A stretch of 64,000 nucleotides of DNA from Octopus sinensis (GCF_006345805.1 NC_043004.1:99820001-99884000); one strand, 5' to 3'. Positions 13,048-26,805 are shown, numbered from the stretch's first letter. Notes: a model not told the origin generated them from the letters alone. A program made the numbers and translations.

Positions 13048-13919
13048 ACACACACTACCTAGAGATCGCTTCGAACATCAATCGCCATCATTGCTTACAG
13101 AGTTCAAATGCTAATCCGCCCAACGTTCGTTTTTCCAGCGTGGATAAAGAAAAAATAATTAATTACTGAAGTTAATATATTTAATAGTAATGAATTATAA
13201 ATATGAAATGTAATCAGTCATTATGATGCATATGATATTCATGAGTATAGGTTGGATTTAGGCTAAATGCATTTATTTGTAACTAGAAGAAACCCCTTAA
13301 AGAGCTAATTATCAATGCAAACCGCTAGATTGTAGCATTGGCTTATAGTTTGATGTCTAAGAACTCTGTACCTCTTAGTTTAGGAATAAATGACATTAGT
13401 TCGATTCCAGCCTGGTACACAAGCAGAGTGGAAAGAAAGAACACCTCACGATAAATTGACGGACATGTTTCGTAGATGCTAGTCTCTTTAGCCTAAAGAT
13501 TTTCTTGTAACTTAGACAGACGAAAAGGAGCAATGTCCATGACAATTACAAGCACTCTCTGCTTGAAGAAACTCATTTGGCTTTTAATTCGAAATCCAAA
13601 ATTTGCCAATGACGTCATAGATGAAGAGAAGAATAAAATGAAACTAATAAAATTAAACTGAAAACTTCAGAGAATATAATGTTACCCTTCTGTCTGCTTT
13701 AGCTCATTGGTTTTCCTTTTTCTTCTGATGTCTCTACATACAAAGAAACTGTTTAAAGAAGAAAGGGGTTAGTCAATTAAATCAATACTAATATATTAAT
13801 ATTGCTTGTTTTCGTTTACCGAATTTAAGTTGAAGAAGCAAAGTCTACGCTATTTAGTATAACGTTTTCATTAGAGAAATTGATGATTCGGGATATATGT
13901 ATGTGTGTAAGTATTTAAG

Positions 13920-13953
<34 letters not shown>

Positions 13954-14220
13954 GGGAGGTACGAGAAGCTGGATGTGTGCACATTATTATTCTTCTCAAC
14001 ATGTTTCCGTTAATTCTGTGAATATTACGTATATATTGCAAGCAGGCAGTATGTGCTCGAGATAGGAGAATTAACTAAAGAGAAAAGAACGAAAAAAAAG
14101 AGGGAATGAGGAGAAGGAGGAGGAAAAGGAGAAGAAGAGAAAGAAGAAGAATTAGAAGAAGAAGAAGAAAAAGAAGAAGTAGAAGAAAAAGAAGAGGTAG
14201 AAAAAGGCGACAGAGACTGT

Positions 14221-14251
14221 GATAGATAGAAAGATAGATAGATAGATAGAC

Positions 14252-14344
<93 letters not shown>
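14221..14344. repeat. (GATA)n tetranucleotide array
   Basis: Visible directly; flanks the Tx1-like fragment. Confidence 0.95.
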
Positions 14345-14986
14345 TGTTTCTTTATTAGCCACACAGGGCTGCACACAGATAGAACAAATTACAAGGTAGA
14401 GCTTTTCTTTTGGGGGTAAAAAAAAAGGAGAGTGGTGGTTTTCGATCAAAAGGGATCGTAAAAGGAAAGAAAAAGGACAAAAAAAAGGGGGAGAGAAAAA
14501 AATGAATAATAGGGATCGTTATCACAGAAATGTCAATATGAAGTGTAAAGGGGAGGACAGGTGAGGTTTACCCGTGGAAAGAAAAGCCTACGGAAAAGAC
14601 CACCGTAACCTCGGTCAATGAAGTCACATGTTATATTTCTTTTTTTTTTTTTACAAATAAGCAACTCTCTGTTTTAATTTTTATGGTTCATAGAATCATA
14701 GTCAAGGTGGCTTCGTCATTCATACGTGCCATCCTTGCTACATTCACCCATCTTTTTTTAAAACATTCACTAGACAAAACTTGCCTCTCTACTCTCACTT
14801 TCCTCTTCAATTGATACTTGAAGAAGTTGATGAGAGATTGACCAGAGAGGAAAGTGTTTGTCTCTAATCCTTTCAGGCGCGTCCACCAGATACATTCTTT
14901 CGCCATAGCCACAAGTATGATAAAAATAGCTCTTCCTTCCCGTTTGAAAGAAGGAGGCGTGACGATATTAACGATAGACTCGGCTA
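14345..14986 (-). mobile_element. 5'-truncated L1/Tx1-type LINE 3' end (ORF2 C-terminus plus 3' UTR)
   Basis: Minus frame reads [99 protein letters not shown] (stop at 14688), then a UTR ending AATAAAGAAACA that runs into (TATC)n. The clade call is from recognition of the KE.IW..R..F..RW pattern. Confidence 0.7.
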
Positions 14987-15232
<246 letters not shown>

Positions 15233-16556
15233 AGGGCAAGAGAGATAGTGTGTGTATAGATGTGATAAGAATGATCGTTATTTTTCCTTGTAACTTAGGT
15301 CAGCCATTTGTACGAAATCTTTACAGGGGAATGAATGCGCAGCAATACTTAACAGATACTAATTTTATTGACTCCATGTATATGAGCATAAAGGAAGCTC
15401 TAGAGGATTTTTAATTCAGAATATTTAGTTTTTATGGTTTAGTCACTGCCTGGACGTCAATGCCCACAGTTTTTGCTCAAATATGTGTGGTGGAGAAACA
15501 GCGAGGAACTACGAATTATCCGGTTTCTGCTGTTATGAAACAGCACATAAAATTATCGAGTTATCATCAAACCAGAGACCTATTCCGAACGTTTGCACAG
15601 AGTGGAACGAAGGAACGAAAGGGTTAAGGATAGTATATACTGTACGCTTTTCAATGAGAAATCAACTGTTTTTGTCATTCCACTGAAGTTATTATAGTAA
15701 TAAAAATGTCTAAACTTGACACAAAGCCATAAATGTATTAGAGAAGTGGTATGATCACTGGCCTACATAAAGTCGCTGGTAATATTGTTAGAAGGCTTTT
15801 ATTAATGCCATGTCCTTCACGTTTTCTACTTCTTCGGATCATATCTCCTCGCTAATTTGCAGTGAGATTATCCCGAAATAGTCCAATAAATCCTATAAGT
15901 TTTCCATCAGTTCTTTCGTGGCTCGAAGAACCAGTGTGATGCTGGTTGTAGTGTAGTTATTCTCATTCACTTTCTAGCCTTTCCTTTGCAGTATATTTTC
16001 TTAATGTTTTGCCAGTCTCCTTTCATTTTCTTGCCTCAAACCTGTCTCACTTGCCTGCTCTTGCTACTAGCTATCCATCTTCATTTTACCGGCAAGAATC
16101 TACAGGTAACGCTACTGGTTATGACCAAAGGAGAGCATCTGCTGTTTTCCTATGCAGCTCTTCTTGGAGAAAAGGATGTTTCCAGAGTTGCATTTGTAGG
16201 TGTTCTAAGAACAGCAAGATGTATTACTTGCTACTATTTCTATCCCTATCTTCCTTGAGCAGACAACTCTCAAAGCCTGTCACTTCTGTGTATGTATCAA
16301 CTGTTTCTTTTCTCTGTGTCGTGAATGACCAGTTATAAATGCTTTCTCTCAGCATGTACTCCAGTGCACGCCTCTGTCAATATTTTGCAGTACCGGTGGC
16401 GGTCATGAAGACTGTACACAATCATGTCGCCAAAAATTTCGTCCGTGCTGAACATTTGTTCATATCCTTCTCCGGAAGTGATATCTAATTAGTGATCATC
16501 ATCATCATCATCCCTGATTTATTTGCTCTGATACTCGTGTTTCGCCCTTCTAAATA

Positions 16557-16791
16557 CCTATTTCTTTACTACCCATAAGGGGCTAAACACAGAGAAGACA
16601 AACAAGGACAGACAAACGGATTAAATCGATTATATCGACTCCAGTGCGTAACTGGTACTTATTTAATCGACCCCGAAAGGATGAAAGGCAAAGTCGACCT
16701 CGGCGGAATTTGAACTCAGAACGTAACGGCATACGAAGTACTGCTACGCATTTCGCCCGGCGTGCTAACATTTCTGCCAGCTTGCCGCCTT
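16557..16791 (-). mobile_element. tRNA-derived SINE, family 2, full length
   Basis: Reverse complement of the 26571 copy; flanked by near-identical CCTTCTAA(A/T)TACC, a TSD-like repeat. Confidence 0.92.
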
Positions 16792-17845
16792 CTAATTACC
16801 ATCGACGCAGTACATGGACTGGTGTATCCACACTCACGTAGCCAGTCTCTTCGCTCATTTAGTACTGCATATTTAATGAGAAGTGCACCAAATTATTCTC
16901 AGGAAGACACAAGGAAAGCCTATAAACATTGCTAAGTCTCAGCTGGGTTATTTTCTTGGTTTCTCTTATCAGTTTACTAGTTTGGCATTTTTGGATAGAA
17001 AAGCATATGTTTCTGTCGCAAAAAGCCTTAAGCAGTGTACTGGCAGGGCCGTTAGAGCTCTGATAAAATGTAGCGCAAAATTTGTTCCGACTCATGCACT
17101 CTGAGTTCAAATATCGCTGGCACAAACTCTTTCTTAACTCTTTCCGGCCTTGATAAAAAGTACTGATCCAGAGCGGTAAACTGGCAGAACCGTAGAACAT
17201 AGATATTGTGATATATGTTTCGGCCCTTTACGTTCTGAATTCAATGGCCTACTTGAGTTGTAGATTTAGTTCGTCGCCCGTTTTAAAAGGAACATCGGCA
17301 GATAGTGTACCTTTATTGGAGTTCATTCTGTTACAGACACTCGAGACAGGTCCCCAGCTTGAAGAAACCTGACATCAAAATTTGCGGCATTCTCTCTGCC
17401 CACAGCCTCGGGGGCTCTGCTGCCATTCTTGACTAAAATTTTGAAAAATATTTGATTATGTTAATGTACGTAATGTTTTTACCCTCTTTATTTATTTATT
17501 TGTTCATTTATTTGGTAAGTGAATCGCCAAGACCATTCCTAATATAATGAATCTCTAAAAAATTATCAATGTTTCCTCCTTCCAAGTGCATCTGTATTGC
17601 TGTAAAACGTTTCCATTAATTTTCTGTTTCACTTTGGTGGAATTACTTTCATCTTAAATATCGCTGTTTTTGTTGGAGTTCTGTACCATCATTTTGATTT
17701 GGTGTGATGTTTTCAAACTAGAAAAATTTTCCAAAGAGCATTATTTCCGGTAGGATAAATTTTGGATAGACAACTCAGTCGAAACTAGTTAAAATCCAGT
17801 ATTAAAGAGATCAGTAGCAAGCAAGCAACAGCAACAACTACCACC

Positions 17846-17877
<32 letters not shown>

Positions 17878-18374
17878 AATACTAATAATGATAATTTATT
17901 AGTGGCATGAGTCCAAAACGTTGGGAATAGTACAAGAACAAAACGCAAAAACAGGAAGGGATTTATTTCGAATGAAAATGAAATATGAAACCATTATTAA
18001 TAATGAATTATCAGAAAAATATCAATAACAAAAAAGAAAAGCAAAATAAGGGGGGATCACCAAATGACGGATAAACATAAAGGCATCCGACTCGAAAGGT
18101 CGACATTAATTTGTCACACCAAATCTAAGTTACCACTCATACTTCTGACTTCTATCCCACAACCTCAAAATATAGAGTAAATCCTATTATAGTTTTACTA
18201 TCCTCACCTAGATTTCATCAAGTTTACAAGAGGAAACTTTATTTATCCTTGTACACACGCATTCGGATTTAATTATTATTTAAACCTGATTCAGGTTTAC
18301 TTTGTAGGGAGCACTCTGTCCTTGTCTCGAGGTTTTTAACTACGTCTAAAACAAAGGGGAAGACAGCAAAAAGG

Positions 18375-18920
18375 GGAAGACAGTGCGAGTAGTATAAAAG
18401 AAAGAAAGTGGCGTGTCGATTATTACGATATCTTCGTTTTAAAGCCAGATCAGTTCATCAAGTGATAACTGCATCGCAGCGCGAATTCTAAATCCAGCAA
18501 ATGCGGACGCATCGACTGTCATTCACCTCAGACAGATCTCATTGTTGATGGTTCCAACGCGGCCATCTCTGCAGACCGCATCACGAACCTGTAAAGACAG
18601 CCGTTTCTTAGTATAGAAGAAATAAATCGGCGTGTCGACTATTAACAATATCTTTGTTTGAAAGCATGGCCTCATCAGCAGATCGTATCACGAACATGTA
18701 CCCCAGCAAGGCCAGGGGCGTTTTGCAAGTTGTCCATAATCCCCCTTTTAAACGTCTTCCAGAAGAAATGTCTCTCACCGTCATGGTAGATGCCAACTAA
18801 TGTTCCCTTGTCATTGTCACACTTGTCCACCAAGCTAATACTGTATGCGTGGATTAGCCTTCACCGCCAGCTTCAACCTGGTCGGCACTGTGTAGTGGAA
18901 GCCTAGCAAACGTTCAGATG
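18375..18920 (-). pseudogene. disrupted coding-like segment of unknown family with an internal tandem duplication
   Basis: Minus strand gives SERLLGFHYTVPTRLKLAVKANPRIQY / (frameshift ~18836) SLVDKCDNDKGTLVGIYHDGERHFFWKTFKRGIMDNLQNAPGLAG ... VRDAVCRDGRVGTINNEICLR*MTVDASAFAGFRIRAAMQLSLDELIWL*NEDIVIIDT. GC-balanced; no homologue recognised. Confidence 0.4.
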
Positions 18921-18929
18921 CTAAAAGGA

Positions 18930-18988
18930 TGATGTTGGGGACAGTAATGATGATGAGGATTGTGATGGTGGTGTTGTTATTGTTGTTT

Positions 18989-19022
<34 letters not shown>

Positions 19023-19134
19023 TGGTGGTGGTTGTAGCAGTAGTAATAGTAATAGTAGTAGTAGTAGTGGTAGTAGTAGTAGTGGTGGTAGTGGTGGTGG
19101 TGGTAGTGGTGGTGTAATAGTGGTGACGGTGGTG

Positions 19135-19184
<50 letters not shown>

Positions 19185-19202
19185 GGTGGTGATGGTGGTG
19201 GC

Positions 19203-19243
<41 letters not shown>

Positions 19244-20050
19244 CAGTAGTAGTAGTGGTGGTGGTGGTAGTAAAAAAACAATGGGGATCTGGACAACGAT
19301 GGCGACGGCGACGATAATGATGCTGATGATGTCAATAAATGTGTTATGAAGGTGATGTTCGTGGCTCGTGTTGGTGAAGGTGGGAAGACGACGAAATACA
19401 TTTTTAAAAAAAATCAGGAATGAAGAAAATAAGGCAAATGCTGAATAAAACCTACGGTAAGAAATAGAGTGAGCAGTGAAGAAGAAAGAGAGGAATGCAT
19501 ATAAGGAGAAAACGAGAGAAACGGATGTAAATTTAGTGAGAAATAGAATGTGAGATATCGAAGAAAGTGTAACTGAAAAGAGAAGAGAGAAGATGGAGAG
19601 AGAGAGAGAGAGAGAGAGTAAGACATGCTTGTCACTCGAATAAGGTGGGAAGTAAGTGATGAGGTAGGGGAGAGAAGATGTAGGGAGAGGAAAGGCGGCA
19701 GTGAAAAGGGAAATGAGAAGAAAAAGAGGGAAAGTGTGCATATAGTTGGATATTATAAGGAGAGTGTTTGGCAAGAAGACGAAGGGAGAAATATAGGTAT
19801 GAAACTGGAGTGAGTGTGGTACAGAGGAGATTGTATGTGATTAGGAGAGGTAGATGAATGAAGGAGAAAGAGAGAGAGAGGGGGGGGGGAGAAAGCGAGT
19901 AAGAGAACATAGAAGGGAGAAAAAACGAAAAAGAGAGAGAGAGTAGTAGGCAGATGAGTGAGTGTTTCAGAGAGGATGATCAGTGATTGAAAGGGGAAAG
20001 TGATATTAGATTCGGAAGTTGTGTGTGCGTGTGTGTGTGAGAGAGAGAAC

Positions 20051-20112
<62 letters not shown>

Positions 20113-20236
20113 GTGGTTAGGAGAGGAGTTTGAAAGAGAGATAAGAATGTACAAGATGAGAGAGAGACAGCTTGCAATGGTAAACAGAGGGAACGAAATG
20201 TGAAAAAGTGGTAATATGTGAGAGTGGTAATATGTG

Positions 20237-20267
<31 letters not shown>

Positions 20268-20524
20268 CGACTAGAATAAGAAAGAAAGCGAGTGAATTGA
20301 AGAGGAATTGTAGAGCCATGAGATTTATAAGTATTGGGATAAGAATGCCAGCGAGGGTGACTGGCAGATGCGAGATAGACGGTTGTATAAAGAGTGATAG
20401 AAAAAGGAATAGTATGGGAAAAAGAGAGATAAGAAGGAAGAGAGAGAGAGGGAGAGAGAAGTACTATGTTTGAGGAACAGAGTAAGAGAGAATATGATGC
20501 AGAGAGAGAGAGAGTGAGAAAGAT

Positions 20525-20555
<31 letters not shown>

Positions 20556-22505
20556 CGGGGGGAAGCTGGAATAAATTTAAGTTGTATGAAACAGATGCTC
20601 GGTCATAAATCCGACGTATAAAAGTATTCGAAGACACCAATGCCAGGAATCTCAGCTTTGGTCAGTTATGGCCAGCTATGGTCAGCTATTGGAAAATTAT
20701 CGTAAGTTATCATCAGTTATCACCACTAACCGTCAGTTATTATCAATTGTGGCCGGTTATGGTCATTTAAAGGACAGCCATGTTTGCAGAGCACTTTAAT
20801 GCGTCGTGTCTTTATCTGGGATTTCATTAAATGTCTGAATGTCTGAGCAGCAGTAACTTTTACCACCTGCCATGTCCACTCCGATCATATGGCCCTTTCC
20901 AGCCACCAACAGCAGCATAACCATCACCATCGCCATCACCATCACCAGTCTGGCTACCACCACTACCACCGCAATAAAAATGACCGAAATCATCGACTCG
21001 TGTGGACGACTGCTGAGAAAAGGGTGTCAGGGGACTGGGTGGGACGTGCTATGTTCGTTGTTTAATTGTAAACGTGGTTTGTGACACAAGATAGGTAGTG
21101 GTGGAGACGGTGGTGGTGGCAACGGCGGCGGCGGCGGTGGTTGTGGTGGTAGTGGTGGTGGTGGTGGAGGCTGCGGCGGCGGTGGATGTGGTGGTGGCAA
21201 CGGCGGCGGCGGCGGTGGTTGTGGTGGTAGTGGTGGTGGTGGTGGAGGCTGCGGCGGCGGTGGATGTGGTGGTGGTGGTGGTGGAGGCTGCGGCGGCGGT
21301 GGATGTGGTGGTGGTGGTGGTGGTGATGGCGGCGGTAGTGGTGGTAGTGGTGGTGGTGGTGGGTGGTGCTGCTGGTGGTGGTGGCGGTGGTGGTAGTGGC
21401 GGCGGATGTAGTGGTGATAGTGGTGGTGGTAGTGGCGATGTCGTTGTCGTTGTTGTTGGTGTTGGTAGTGGTGTCAGTGGATGTGTTGATGCTGGTGCTG
21501 CCATTGGTGGCGATCGTAGCAGCGCCAGCGGCAGTAGTAGTGGTGGTAGTGACGGTTTTGTTGTTCTTGCAGATGTTGGTGGTGGTGGTGGTGTTGTTGC
21601 TGGTGCTGCTGTTGTGGTCAGCGAAGATGTAAGTGGCTGTGGAAAGGTATGGCGAACTGTAGAGGCGAGCAGAATAATGGTTGCGCCAATGGTTATGGCC
21701 AAGGCTATTGTGATGAAGAATGTAATGATTACTGCGATGGTGTTGGTGGTGGTGGTGGTGGTGGTGCTGACGGTTGTGGTAGTGGTGGTGGTGGTGGTGG
21801 TGGTGACGGTGGTGGTGGTTGAGGCGGTGGTGGTGGTGGTGGTGGAGGTGGTGGTGGTGGCGGTTGTGGTGGTGGTGGTGGCGGTGGTGGTGGTGACGGT
21901 GGTGGTGGTGGTGGTGGTGCTGACGGTTGTGGTAGTGGTGGTGGTGGTGGTGGTGGTGACGGTGGTGGTGGTTGAGGCGGTGGTGGTGGTGGTGGTGGTG
22001 GTGGTGGTGGTGGTGGCGGCGGTGGTGGTGTGGTGGTGGTGGTGGTGGTGGTGGTGACGGTGGTGGTGGTGGTGGTGGTGGTGCTGACGGTTGTGGTAGT
22101 GGTGGTGGTGGTGGTGGTGGTGACGGTGGTGGTGGTTGAGGCGGTGGTGGTGGTGGTGGTGGTGGTGGAGGTGGTGGTGGTGGCGGTTGTGGTGGTGGTG
22201 GTGGCGGTGGGGGTGGTGGCGGTGGTGGCGGCGGTGGTGGTGGTGGTGGTTATTTTGGTGCAGATAGGGACAGATGCGATGATTGTGGTTGCGATGTAGG
22301 GATTAGAGATGGAGTGGTTGGGACGTCGGTGTTGTTGCTGTTGTGGTAGTGGTAGTGGTAGTGGTGGTGGTGGTGGTGGTGGTGCCGATGCTGGGGACTG
22401 GAATGGCGTTGCTTTTCTTGATGTTGTTATTGCTTGTGGTGGTAGACCTCTAATAAGGATAGGCAAAAAGTTTGACAGATAAGGGGAAAAAGAAAGAAAA
22501 AAGTG

Positions 22506-22553
<48 letters not shown>

Positions 22554-22565
22554 ATGGTAGTGGTG

Positions 22566-22599
<34 letters not shown>

Positions 22600-22743
22600 A
22601 AGAAGAAGAAGAAGAAGAAGGAGAGGAAGAATAAAAGAAAGTGACCAGTAGTAGTAGTAGTAGTAGTGGGGTGGGGTGGTAGTAGTAGTAATAGTAGTAG
22701 TTGTAGTTGAAGTAGTAGTAGAGTAGTAGTAGTAGTTGTAGTT

Positions 22744-22774
<31 letters not shown>

Positions 22775-22973
22775 AAGAAGAAGAAGAAGAAAGAAGAAGA
22801 AGAAGAAGAAGAAGAAGAAAAAGGTGACGATGATGGTTGTGGTGGTATTAGTGGTGGTGGTGGTGGTGGTAATGATGAGAGCAAGGAAATAGAAAAGAAG
22901 ACAACAGAAAAGGAAATGAACAAAACAGCAACTGCAACAACACCACCAGCATCAGCAACAACAACATCTACTT

Positions 22974-23030
<57 letters not shown>
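18930..23030 (+). repeat. ~4.1-kb strand-asymmetric low-complexity domain: (GTA)/(GGT)n, (GA)n, (GACA)n, (GAA)n
   Basis: Visible directly. A higher-order ~155-165-bp GGT-based unit occurs three times (GCTGACGG at 21765, 21919, 22083). Confidence 0.95.
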
Positions 23031-23031
<1 letters not shown>

Positions 23032-23705
23032 GGCATGTGTAAGAACCCATCCAATGCAAGGTCATTAATTCTTCAAATTCATTGACAGTCAAAAGTAGTA
23101 TTAAAACCTGGTACTGACATGAATCACTCTTCTCCACTGTTACTAGCTTCTGTCTTTAAATGAGTGGGAAAACACGCGTGAAGCATCATCTAAACTGATT
23201 TCCATCTTTATTTGCTGCTTGCTTGGACAATATGACGGTGGCGTGAAAGAGTATGTGAACTATAAGACCTTACATACCAGTCCTTTGATGATAAAACATC
23301 GTTCTACAGTTGTAGGCCGATATCATATAACTGATTTCTCAACCAGCCCAGTGGTGTTACCGTCATCACTTGAAATTTACGTTGTTGTATGAACGGACTA
23401 CAATATGGTGTTTCTGTATAATATACAAGCCAGTATTTAAACGTTAAGAGAGAAAAAAAAGGAGAAACGTCGTAGATTATGCCAGGAACCAATAAGTTAG
23501 CTTCTACATGCTCGCTCGAACAGCTAGAATTAGCAGTCAGTTCTCCTGGAGAGCTTATTAAACATTGAAGCATGTAGCCACTACAGGCTTCAATGTTTAA
23601 TACGATCACGACATTGTACTTGATAATGCAATATCTGATGCATGGACAGGATAATGTTATACTTGCTATACTTGATAATACTTCACCTACAATATTTTTA
23701 AGAAT

Positions 23706-24125
23706 AGGTGTGGCTGCGTGGTAAGTAGCTTGCTTCCCAACTACACGGTTCCGGATTCAGTGCCGTTGCGTGGTATCTTGGGCAGGCGTTTTCTACTACA
23801 ACCAGCGGCCAACCGAAGCCTTGTTAGTGGATTTGGTAGATGGAAGCTGAAAGAAGCCCGTCGTATGTATATATGTATATGTATGTGTGCGTGTGTGTAT
23901 GTATGTGTGTATGTATGTTTTTGTATCTGCATTTGTCCCACCACCACCACCGTTTGACAATCGGTGTTGGTGTGTTTGTGTCCCCGTAACGTTTCGGCAA
24001 AAGTGAGCGATAGAATAAGTACCACTATTTAAAAAAAAGTACTGAGGTCGATTCATTCAACTAAAAATTCAAGGTGGTGCTCCAGCATGGCCGCAGTCTA
24101 GTGACTGGAACAAGTAGGTAATAGA
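23706..24125 (+). mobile_element. tRNA-derived SINE, family 1
   Basis: Head, body, (TG)n and tail colinear with the other family-1 copies. Confidence 0.9.
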
Positions 24126-24231
24126 AGATGAGAGATGAAGCACAAAGGGAATTTACTTGATCTAAGGTTGAACGATAACAGCAAAAGGCTTTCGGATATC
24201 TGGGTCTACTTTTTCTTTCATTTTATTTTTG

Positions 24232-24622
24232 CCTACCTCATTCATTGAACTGCGGCCATCGTGGGGCATCACTTGAAAGGTTTTGTCGATCAAATGACTC
24301 CAGTGCTTATTTCTTAAACCTGGAACGAATCTATCGGTCTTCTTTGCTGATTCGCTAAGTTATGTGAATCGTAAACATATCAACGCCGATTATCAAGATA
24401 CACATACGTAGGTACACACAAAAACACCTATACATATATATATAAATTCACACACTCATACACGTGTGTGGGAGTGAAAAGCTTCTTTCAGTGTCCGTCT
24501 ACCATAGCCACTCATAAAGTTTTGGTCAATCCAGTGCTGTAATGAAAGTCATTTGCTCAAGATGCCGCACAGTGGGACTGAACCCAAGACCACAGGCGTT
24601 TGGAAACAAACTACTTCACCAT
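24232..24622 (-). mobile_element. tRNA-derived SINE, family 1, older diverged copy
   Basis: CTGCGGCCAT..CTATCGGTC..CAGTGGGACTGAACCC landmarks in reverse orientation. Confidence 0.75.
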
Positions 24623-26570
24623 AACTTCATTTTTCATCATGAAACTTTTGTAGAATTCGGTATAAAATGGCTGTGTTAGGAACAAAGGTTTCACTAACGT
24701 GGAAGTTGTACGTTTCATGATTCAAACTCTTCCATCAGGTATAAATGCCTAATACATTCTTGTCAGTTGAATAGTTACAAGGTTTCATTGAAATATTGCA
24801 TAACAGAATGCAGAACAAAACTAGATAGAAAAACCCTTAGCTGATAACGCCTCTAACTTGTATAGAAATTTGCCCCTCCAAGTAGACTTTGAAAGGTTTA
24901 TCTTCTTTTCAGGTTTATTATTATGAAAGTAAAACTGCCGAAGTTTTATTGATAGTAATATAGAAATCAAAAATTGAGTTTCAAACATCATTCTAACAAT
25001 AAACTAGGAACAGAGACTAACGTTTTAAAATTAACTTGGTGTTAACTGTGAAAGTGCCAAATGCTAAATATTTTGACGCCAGTGCCATTAGTAGCAAGAA
25101 CTTTTAGTTCCTGATCCTTAATTGCATTCAAAATGTGACAATCAAAAACGCCACGGATAATACTTCAACTTGGTGATATAACCTTGTAGGTTTAGAAACA
25201 TTGATAACGGAATAACAGTAAAATAGGAAAAAAAATATAAGCGATGAAACTCCCGAGCATACTTATGTTTTTCATGACGTTTGAAAGAAAAGCTTCCTTC
25301 ATACACACACACACACATACACGCACATAGACACAGACACACACACACACACACTTGAGGAGGGGATTTCAGAAGCGAAAATAGAGTAAAATATAGTGAA
25401 GATGAAAACGTCTAAAGTGAAGCAATTACATTTGAATTTCCATTATGTGCTTTCAGTCTGACTTATATGGTGTTTACCTGTTTCGCAGTAGATGGTTTTA
25501 ATATTTCTACTGCTTGTTTCCATATTCCAACACTTTACTTGCTACCTGATTCAAAGAGAAAACAAACTATTCACATTTACTTCCCACCAATACTTTCTTC
25601 CAAAAGAAGGTGTCTTGCCATAAAATCATTTGATTTACACACCAATATTCCTGCATTCATAATCTAATATAGCAAGAAATTTTCTGACGCAAATTAGAAG
25701 CACTTCCCTACGAAACGTAAGTATAGAAACTATTTTAAGAGACACAACCTGAAAACATTTACAAATGCCTTGCATACTCGATGACTATAATAATGTTGAC
25801 TACCATATATAATACTCTAGATACACGCATATGCAGAAATCCAAATAATTGTCCACAAGTACCGATAATTTACCAGGCGACTACTCTTGAAAACTAAACA
25901 AAAAAGATTTGACATACGAGTTAGACGCTAAATAATACCAACATTTTGAAACAAATATTGTGGTTTATGCATGGCAGACACAAAAACACTCGTGAAACCC
26001 ACCACTGTTCTTGATAATTAATGCCTTTATGCAAACACCGGGTCAGAGGTATGTCACACAATGATCGCATGCAAAGAGAAGTTTGGTGTAACGATCGAGT
26101 GAATTATACACTAATGAATAAACATTACTGCGTGTATTAAGCACCCTTTTTCTCGTTTCTGCATACTAATGTATATGCATGAAAATATACAATTATTTGT
26201 AGAAAATTTATTATTCATAACCTAGATACTTGTAGTTCTATGCAATATATTAGTTCCTTTTGCGTGGAGAGAATGTTAAAAACCGAATGACGTACAACAC
26301 AGGGTCTGTTCCTGATATTTGACTCTTAGCGGTTTTAAATTACAGTCCAGAATTTTCGCAAAATATGCCATTATTAAACAGTTTCAAATACAAATTTCCA
26401 ATGCGTTTTTACAAGCTTGACAGTTTGATCTACTGACATTGATTAACGAAGCGCTCTGTGTGATTTTCACCAACACCAGAAGAGAAAACTAATGCTCAAC
26501 AATACCTATCATTTGTAAACCAGCGAGCATCAGAAACCAGTAATATGTCAAGTCTATATGTTATGAAGTT

Positions 26571-26805
26571 AAGGCGGCGAGCTGGCAGAAACGCTAGCAC
26601 GCCGGGCAAAATGCGTAGCCGTATTTCGTCTGCCGTTACGTTCTGAGTTCAAATTCCGCCGAGGTCGACTTTGCCTTTCATCCTTTCGGGGTCGATAAAT
26701 TAAGTACCAGTTACGCACTGGCGTCGATGTAATCGACTTAATCCGTGTGTCTGTCCTTGTTTGTCCCCTCAGTGTTTAGCCCCTTGTGGGTAGTAAAGAA
26801 ATGTA
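26571..26805 (+). mobile_element. tRNA-derived SINE, family 2, with 16-bp TSD
   Basis: TATATGTTATGAAGTT at 26555-26570 and 26806-26821 brackets a full-length copy. Confidence 0.95.

Noticed and set aside
15740-16480. Possible decayed LINE ORF on the minus strand (..IKAF*QYYQRLY..)
   Set aside because: Too many stops and no diagnostic RT or endonuclease motif; cannot be supported without a search.
17343-17433. Plus-strand AHSLGG lipase-like motif
   Set aside because: Short frame ending in a stop, lacks the conserved Gly, and no supporting domain context.
21098-22466. 319-aa poly-Val and 245-aa Thr/Pro mucin-like ORFs
   Set aside because: Both are read-throughs of (GGT)n; there are no splice signals or unique domains, and several frames on both strands are open.
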